Source: Eukaryota sp. TZLM1-RC (Eukaryota; Protista; Metamonada: BaSk clade). From it: a DNA stretch of 64,000 nt. Below are positions 59,309 through 64,000 of the stretch, one piece after another. The stretch lies in NCBI GenBank assembly GCA_040285825.1, contig JAUPSS010000002.1:1984001-2048000 (forward strand), written 5' to 3'. The notes under the pieces are model-generated. The model saw only the letters and a list, made by a program, of their open reading frames with translations, ran no database searches and was not told the DNA's origin. Within the stretch, counting starts at the first letter, position 1. The number at the start of each line of letters is the position of its first letter. A program made the translations under genes and the position numbers.

Positions 59309-59577
59309 GATCTACAAATGCATTAGTAGCATTTGATAGATCCACTTAGATACATCAAGTCGCGAGGCTTTGTTCTGTGAAAGCAGTAGGTGTATTTAAG
59401 TGAGGTAGTCCATTGATGAAGATCATGATTGTCTTTGTCAAATGACGCTACATGTCTCTTACAGCCTGTGAGTAGACATTGAGAAAGTTGAAAACAAGAG
59501 TGAATTTCACAGGGGAATGCATGATATGTGAAATTCACAGTATTTCTGAATGATTCGGCAACCAGAAATTCAGAAAT
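59309..59577 (+). ncRNA. Candidate Fanzor omega-RNA (six tandem hairpins)
   Basis: Stems 59309-59342, 59343-59402 (three-way junction with GCGA and GAAA tetraloops), 59405-59451, 59452-59479, 59500-59538, 59542-59577. G-U pairs favour the + strand. Confidence 0.7.
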
Positions 59578-59603
59578 GGAAATAAAACGACAGGCTTTTC
59601 CTC

Positions 59604-61340
59604 ATGTCTGCAATTGAAGTCGTAATTGTATTTGCGTCCACCACTGGTGTTTCTGAAGATGCCGCTCGCACTTTCAACACCGAAATAACCAAGGCTGGCT
59701 TTACAACTCGCTTGGAAGATGCTGGAGACGTCGATCCTTATGAAGTTGTTAGTAGTAATCAACTCATTGTGTTCTTCACCAGCACATATGGTGAAGGAGA
59801 ATTCCCAGCTACTGGACAGGAATTGTACAAATATCTCTGTAATAACGCTCAACCTGGTGAACTAACACATCTTAAGTTTGCTGTTTTCGGAATTGGAAGC
59901 TCTAACTTTCCAAACTTTTGCCGTGCTGGAATTGACCTGGAATCGGTGCTTACATCATTAGGTGCTAATAGAATCGCCGATCTTCAAACGGTCGACACGT
60001 CCAAACCTGGAGTGATTGATGAATGTCTGGAGAATTTCACTGAAGAGATGTTGTCCGTGTTACCTTCTTATGCAGGGGAGCCATCACCCCCTGAGCCACA
60101 GCCGCCAATACCTAGGTTCAGAGTGGTGCAAAGTCTTGGTTCAATGTCTCAGCAAGCTGACATGCCCACTATTCCAGGAACCAAGAGAGTCAAGTTAAAA
60201 AGCATCACGCTCAAAACTGCCAACGATTATTTCCGACCAGTGTTTCATGTAGTGTTTGAGAACAATGGCTTCAAGTATAATATTGGAGATTCTATTACTC
60301 TCAAACCTTGGAATGATCCTCAATTAGTGGACAAATTGATTCACAAGTTTGGTTTGAATGCTGATGATCTCGTCACCATTGTGTCATCTGATGGTAAACG
60401 CAAGTTTCCTCCTCGCATCACCTGGCGCCAAGTGTTCACGGAATGGCTCGCTATTGAATCTGTCCCTCAGCGTAAGCTCTGTAATGACCTGTCGTGGTAT
60501 TGCCAGGGTGATGAAAAGGAAAAATTACTTCGATGGGGATCGAAGGATGGTACTGAAGAGTTGTCTGCCTACATCAAAGAAGGTGGAAGAGTTGCTGACT
60601 TATTGCTCGAGCTCTCTACACTTTCCATGGATCCCTCCATGATGGTTTCTCTCATTCCTGGCCAGAAGAGTAGATTATATTCAGTTGCATCTAGTCCAAA
60701 TGTTTATCCGAACGAAATTCATATGGTCATGGTCTTGGTGTCTTACAAAACACCCAATGGAAAAATTAGACAGGGTGTAACTAGTGGCTACATTAGTAGA
60801 CTGTACGAACAGTACTCTGTCACACCCTCTTTTCTACACTACGCCTCAATAGGAATGAATCCCGGCACATTGAAGTTTGTCGATGATATTGAGGCTCCTA
60901 TCATATGTTTTGCCTTGGGAACGGGCATTGCACCATTCCTTGCTATCTTCCAAGAAAGAAACAGATTGATTCAACAAGGCAAGAAAATCGGCAATGCTTT
61001 GGTATACATTGGTTGTAGGCATCATGACAAGGACTTCCTTTTTAAAGATCAAATTGAAGGCTATCTTCAGAATGGTACCATCACTCACCTCAAAACAGCG
61101 TTTTCCCATGACCAAGAACAGTTTATTACTCCATTAACCAAGCTTGAGGAAGACAAGGAGACTCCAGTTCAATATATTAAATCTCCAATCTTTGTGTTTT
61201 ATTACTGTGGACCAGGTTTTGGAATTCCTGGGAAAATAGAAGGTGTTTTTGCAGAAATAGCACGAGCCAATAATATAGACCCGAAAAACGTTGTAGCAAG
61301 AGCCAAGAAGGAGTTTAGGTGGAATGTTGAAGCCTTTTAG
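59604..61340 (+). CDS. Soluble diflavin (FMN/FAD) NADPH oxidoreductase, cytochrome P450 reductase/CysJ-like
   Basis: Flavodoxin ASTTG, STYGEGEFP, FGIGSSNF..FC; FAD-binding RLYSVASS, GVTSGY; NADP-binding GTGIAPF, YIGCR, AFS, YYCG. Confidence 0.9.
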   Translation: MSAIEVVIVFASTTGVSEDAARTFNTEITKAGFTTRLEDAGDVDPYEVVSSNQLIVFFTSTYGEGEFPATGQELYKYLCNNAQPGELTHLKFAVFGIGSSNFPNFCRAGIDLESVLTSLGANRIADLQTVDTSKPGVIDECLENFTEEMLSVLPSYAGEPSPPEPQPPIPRFRVVQSLGSMSQQADMPTIPGTKRVKLKSITLKTANDYFRPVFHVVFENNGFKYNIGDSITLKPWNDPQLVDKLIHKFGLNADDLVTIVSSDGKRKFPPRITWRQVFTEWLAIESVPQRKLCNDLSWYCQGDEKEKLLRWGSKDGTEELSAYIKEGGRVADLLLELSTLSMDPSMMVSLIPGQKSRLYSVASSPNVYPNEIHMVMVLVSYKTPNGKIRQGVTSGYISRLYEQYSVTPSFLHYASIGMNPGTLKFVDDIEAPIICFALGTGIAPFLAIFQERNRLIQQGKKIGNALVYIGCRHHDKDFLFKDQIEGYLQNGTITHLKTAFSHDQEQFITPLTKLEEDKETPVQYIKSPIFVFYYCGPGFGIPGKIEGVFAEIARANNIDPKNVVARAKKEFRWNVEAF

Positions 61341-61824
61341 TCTACCTTTTGGTCCATACAGATTGTATCAATCAGTTTTTGAATAATTTTATTCTACTTT
61401 ATTTTAACTCACCAAACATGATACGGTATTATTATTGTTGGCCCTTGTTTCTATCTCGATTGAAAGATAATTGAGAGACTGAATTCAGGAATACCAAACA
61501 TCATGTACATTTAAAACATCAAGTGTTCGAAACAATAATATAACGCTTTGTTGTATTTGAATAAATTTATATAAAGATGATCTGCAATCACGTAATAAAT
61601 TGAATTAAAAATTAATCATATTGTTTTATATCAACCGGCGATTCACCGGAAAAATGCGATATCTAATGTATCTAATAGTAGAATGAACGCTATGTTGATG
61701 CACTTACACCAGATGTTGACACAAGGCTAGTTATGCTTTGTTTCAATCTACTAAAAATGGTAGCCAGCTACCTTGATAGTTTTTTAGGAATACACCAAGG
61801 TACATAAACAATAATAAATACATA

Positions 61825-62300
61825 ATGATTTACATAATGGGTGCCATGTCTATCGATCCTTTTAATTCTTCTAATAAAAATTTCATTAATTCTGATGTCA
61901 ATAATCCTCTTCCTGCTAGAGAAAAATACAAAATTGCTAAATATGCGAAACCTATTCCATGTGTTAATGAAAATTCTCATGCCCAATATAATTTATATGT
62001 CTCTTTGTTTTTTCTTTGCTCGGATCTTTAGGTAAGGCTGCTTTGGCTTTGCTTGAGGATTTGAATGTAGTTGTAAAGGAAAGTACTGGAGGAATTTTCA
62101 ATTGTGTTACAGGTAATACAGGATTGTATTTTCTATTTTTAAGGGAATGGTGAAATTAATTTCTGAATCACTTTCTTCTTTTGGTCGATTTTCAAAATCT
62201 TCAGAAATTAACTGTTTCCCATTCAGAGAGGCAGCTTGTAAGGACATGGAGCTTTAGTTGTGTATTTGACATTTGTATTTTGGTTCGTTGTTTCATAAGT
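61825..62300 (+). mobile_element. Family D 3' portion (degenerate)
   Basis: AMSIDP..NNPL..EKYKIAKYAKP..NENSHAQYNL. Confidence 0.8.
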
Positions 62301-62428
62301 AAAATTCCAACAAAATTACCTATCAAACGGTTAAGCCATCCTTCTTCACTTTTAAAGAAGTTCATATTCACATTGAATCCAGAGAAGGACCAGGTTTACC
62401 AACTGGTCTACTTTGTTACTAACTTTTG

Positions 62429-64000
62429 ATGTCCGATCGACCGACACCAGAACCAAGGCGCTTGGAGAAGGTCCGTCTTATTGGACGTGGTAACTTTGGA
62501 GCTGTCTATCTTGTCAGACAGATAGCCACTGGTGAACTTCTTGTCCTAAAACAACTTACAAACATCTCTCCAGAAGAAAGAGAAGCTGCTGAGAATGAAG
62601 TAAAGCTCCTGCAGCTCCTCTCTCATCCAAATATCATCAACTACTACGGATGTTCTGCTAATGATGGGCAGTTTAACATCATTATGGAATATGCAAAAGG
62701 AGGCGACCTTCACTCAAGAATCCTTAACAGAAGAGGACAACATCTCTCTGAATCTGAGATTATGTTCCTGTTTGTTCAAATTGTATCAGCCCTGAAACAC
62801 GTACACGACAACAATATCCTGCACCGAGATCTCAAAACACAAAGTATGATTCCTTTTTCTCCTCTCATTACAGACATTTTTCTCACGGACAATGATGTAG
62901 TAAAGCTTGGAGATTTTGGCATTTCCAAACAACTTGGCACGCATAATGATTTTGCCAGAACCTCAGTAGGAACCCCTTATTACCTTTCCCCTGAACAATG
63001 CGAAGACCGTCCCTACAATAGCAAAAGTGATATCTGGTCCCTAGGGTGTATTTTGTATGAGCTGTGTGCATTGCGGCATGCTTTTGTTGCCAAATCAATA
63101 CCGGCACTAGTGATGTCGATATTAAGGGGTATTTATGAACCAATTCCTGCTCTTTATTCGCAAGATTTGTCTGATTTGGTCAAATGGTTGCTGTCTTCGG
63201 ATCCTGATGATCGACCAACGATTGATGAGCTGGCACAATCAGAATTTGTTAGAAAATGGAGTGGTGAGTTTTTAAAGAAGTGGGAGGAAAAAGGCCAAAA
63301 CAATGTACAAAAGATCAAAATACCGAAGAATTTTGAAGATGGTAAGGGAATGGAAACTTGGAAAAAAGAAAAACATAATCAGCTTCAAGAACTGGAATCA
63401 TTGATGAAAGCACACCGCCACCCTTCACCGTCTCCTCTGAACCATTACACTCCTCCCCAACGCCAACCTCCTCCTCCAGTAAGAAAGCATAAGGGTAGGG
63501 AACTGAGAAGGGAGTCTCCGCTGAAGAAGGAAGAAGTGAAAGAAGAATTGCGGCAAAAAAGGAGACATAGGGTAGCTTCAAAGAATGATATGAAGGATCA
63601 CGAGAAAAAATTTATAGCAAAACTTAAAAACGTTAAAAGCAGAATTTCCAAACCTTCTCCTTCTGTTGAAACAAAGGCTGATTCAAAATTAAAAGAAGGG
63701 AGTAAAAAGGAAAGTGAAGTAACTCCTGTTCTTAAAGAGGAAGTTGGTGAAGTCAGCAGTCAAGGAAAGTCAAGGCCTAAGGTGACCCCCAAGGCTCCTG
63801 ATTCTGGACTGCGTGCCTTTATTCAGAAGAAGAAAAAGGAAAAAGTACAAAAAGATCAAAATGAAAAGTCTGATATTGAGATTCTAATTCCAACAAACCC
63901 CCCTATTCAACCGGAAGCTCAAAAAGAAAAAGTTAATGAGCCAGTAGTTGAAATATTTGTAAAAGAACCTGAAACATCCAACCAAGATCGTCAAGATGAA
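62429..64000 (+). CDS. NEK (NIMA-related) Ser/Thr kinase, runs off the window end
   Basis: IGRGNFGAVYL, EVKLL..L.HPNII, MEYAKGGDL, HRDLKTQ|NIFL after removing the in-frame 30-nt intron at 62844-62873, DFG, GTPYYLSPE, KSDIWSLG. Absent from the ORF track because it has no stop in the window. Confidence 0.92.
   Translation, partial: MSDRPTPEPRRLEKVRLIGRGNFGAVYLVRQIATGELLVLKQLTNISPEEREAAENEVKLLQLLSHPNIINYYGCSANDGQFNIIMEYAKGGDLHSRILNRRGQHLSESEIMFLFVQIVSALKHVHDNNILHRDLKTQSMIPFSPLITDIFLTDNDVVKLGDFGISKQLGTHNDFARTSVGTPYYLSPEQCEDRPYNSKSDIWSLGCILYELCALRHAFVAKSIPALVMSILRGIYEPIPALYSQDLSDLVKWLLSSDPDDRPTIDELAQSEFVRKWSGEFLKKWEEKGQNNVQKIKIPKNFEDGKGMETWKKEKHNQLQELESLMKAHRHPSPSPLNHYTPPQRQPPPPVRKHKGRELRRESPLKKEEVKEELRQKRRHRVASKNDMKDHEKKFIAKLKNVKSRISKPSPSVETKADSKLKEGSKKESEVTPVLKEEVGEVSSQGKSRPKVTPKAPDSGLRAFIQKKKKEKVQKDQNEKSDIEILIPTNPPIQPEAQKEKVNEPVVEIFVKEPETSNQDRQDE
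62844..62873 (+). other. 30-nt in-frame spliceosomal intron
   Basis: GTATGA...CATTACAG interrupts the HRDLKTQN catalytic loop. Confidence 0.85.

Overview
AT-rich, gene-dense nuclear DNA from a unicellular eukaryote, with standard code, tiny 26-30 nt GT-AG introns and very short intergenic promoters. Recognisable host genes: TEX11/ZIP4-like, pICln, augmin AUG7/HAUS7-like, Vps8, INTS9, UBE2Q-type E2, TmcB/C-type PAS membrane protein, CTL/SLC44 transporter, Rpp40, PNKP, a kinesin, Rpn9, a diflavin reductase and a NEK kinase. These sit between clusters of nested, 5'-truncated RT+RLE non-LTR retrotransposons of several families (labelled A-F here), some with clear target-site duplications. The most notable content is eight divergent Fanzor (eukaryotic TnpB-like RuvC) loci. 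(i) One near-intact copy (43902-45769, -) is one homopolymer base from a ~622 aa ORF with a complete RuvC D-E-D triad, followed by hairpins. (ii) One decayed copy is followed by ~270 nt of six back-to-back hairpins with GNRA loops and shares a 16-nt motif with (i); both are omega-RNA candidates. (iii) One pseudogenised locus has a DEDDy/PolB-type 3'-5' exonuclease running in frame into the Fanzor N-terminus. (iv) Five of the eight have their 3' end 30-340 nt upstream of a co-oriented housekeeping gene. All family calls come from motif recognition by eye; no searches were run.
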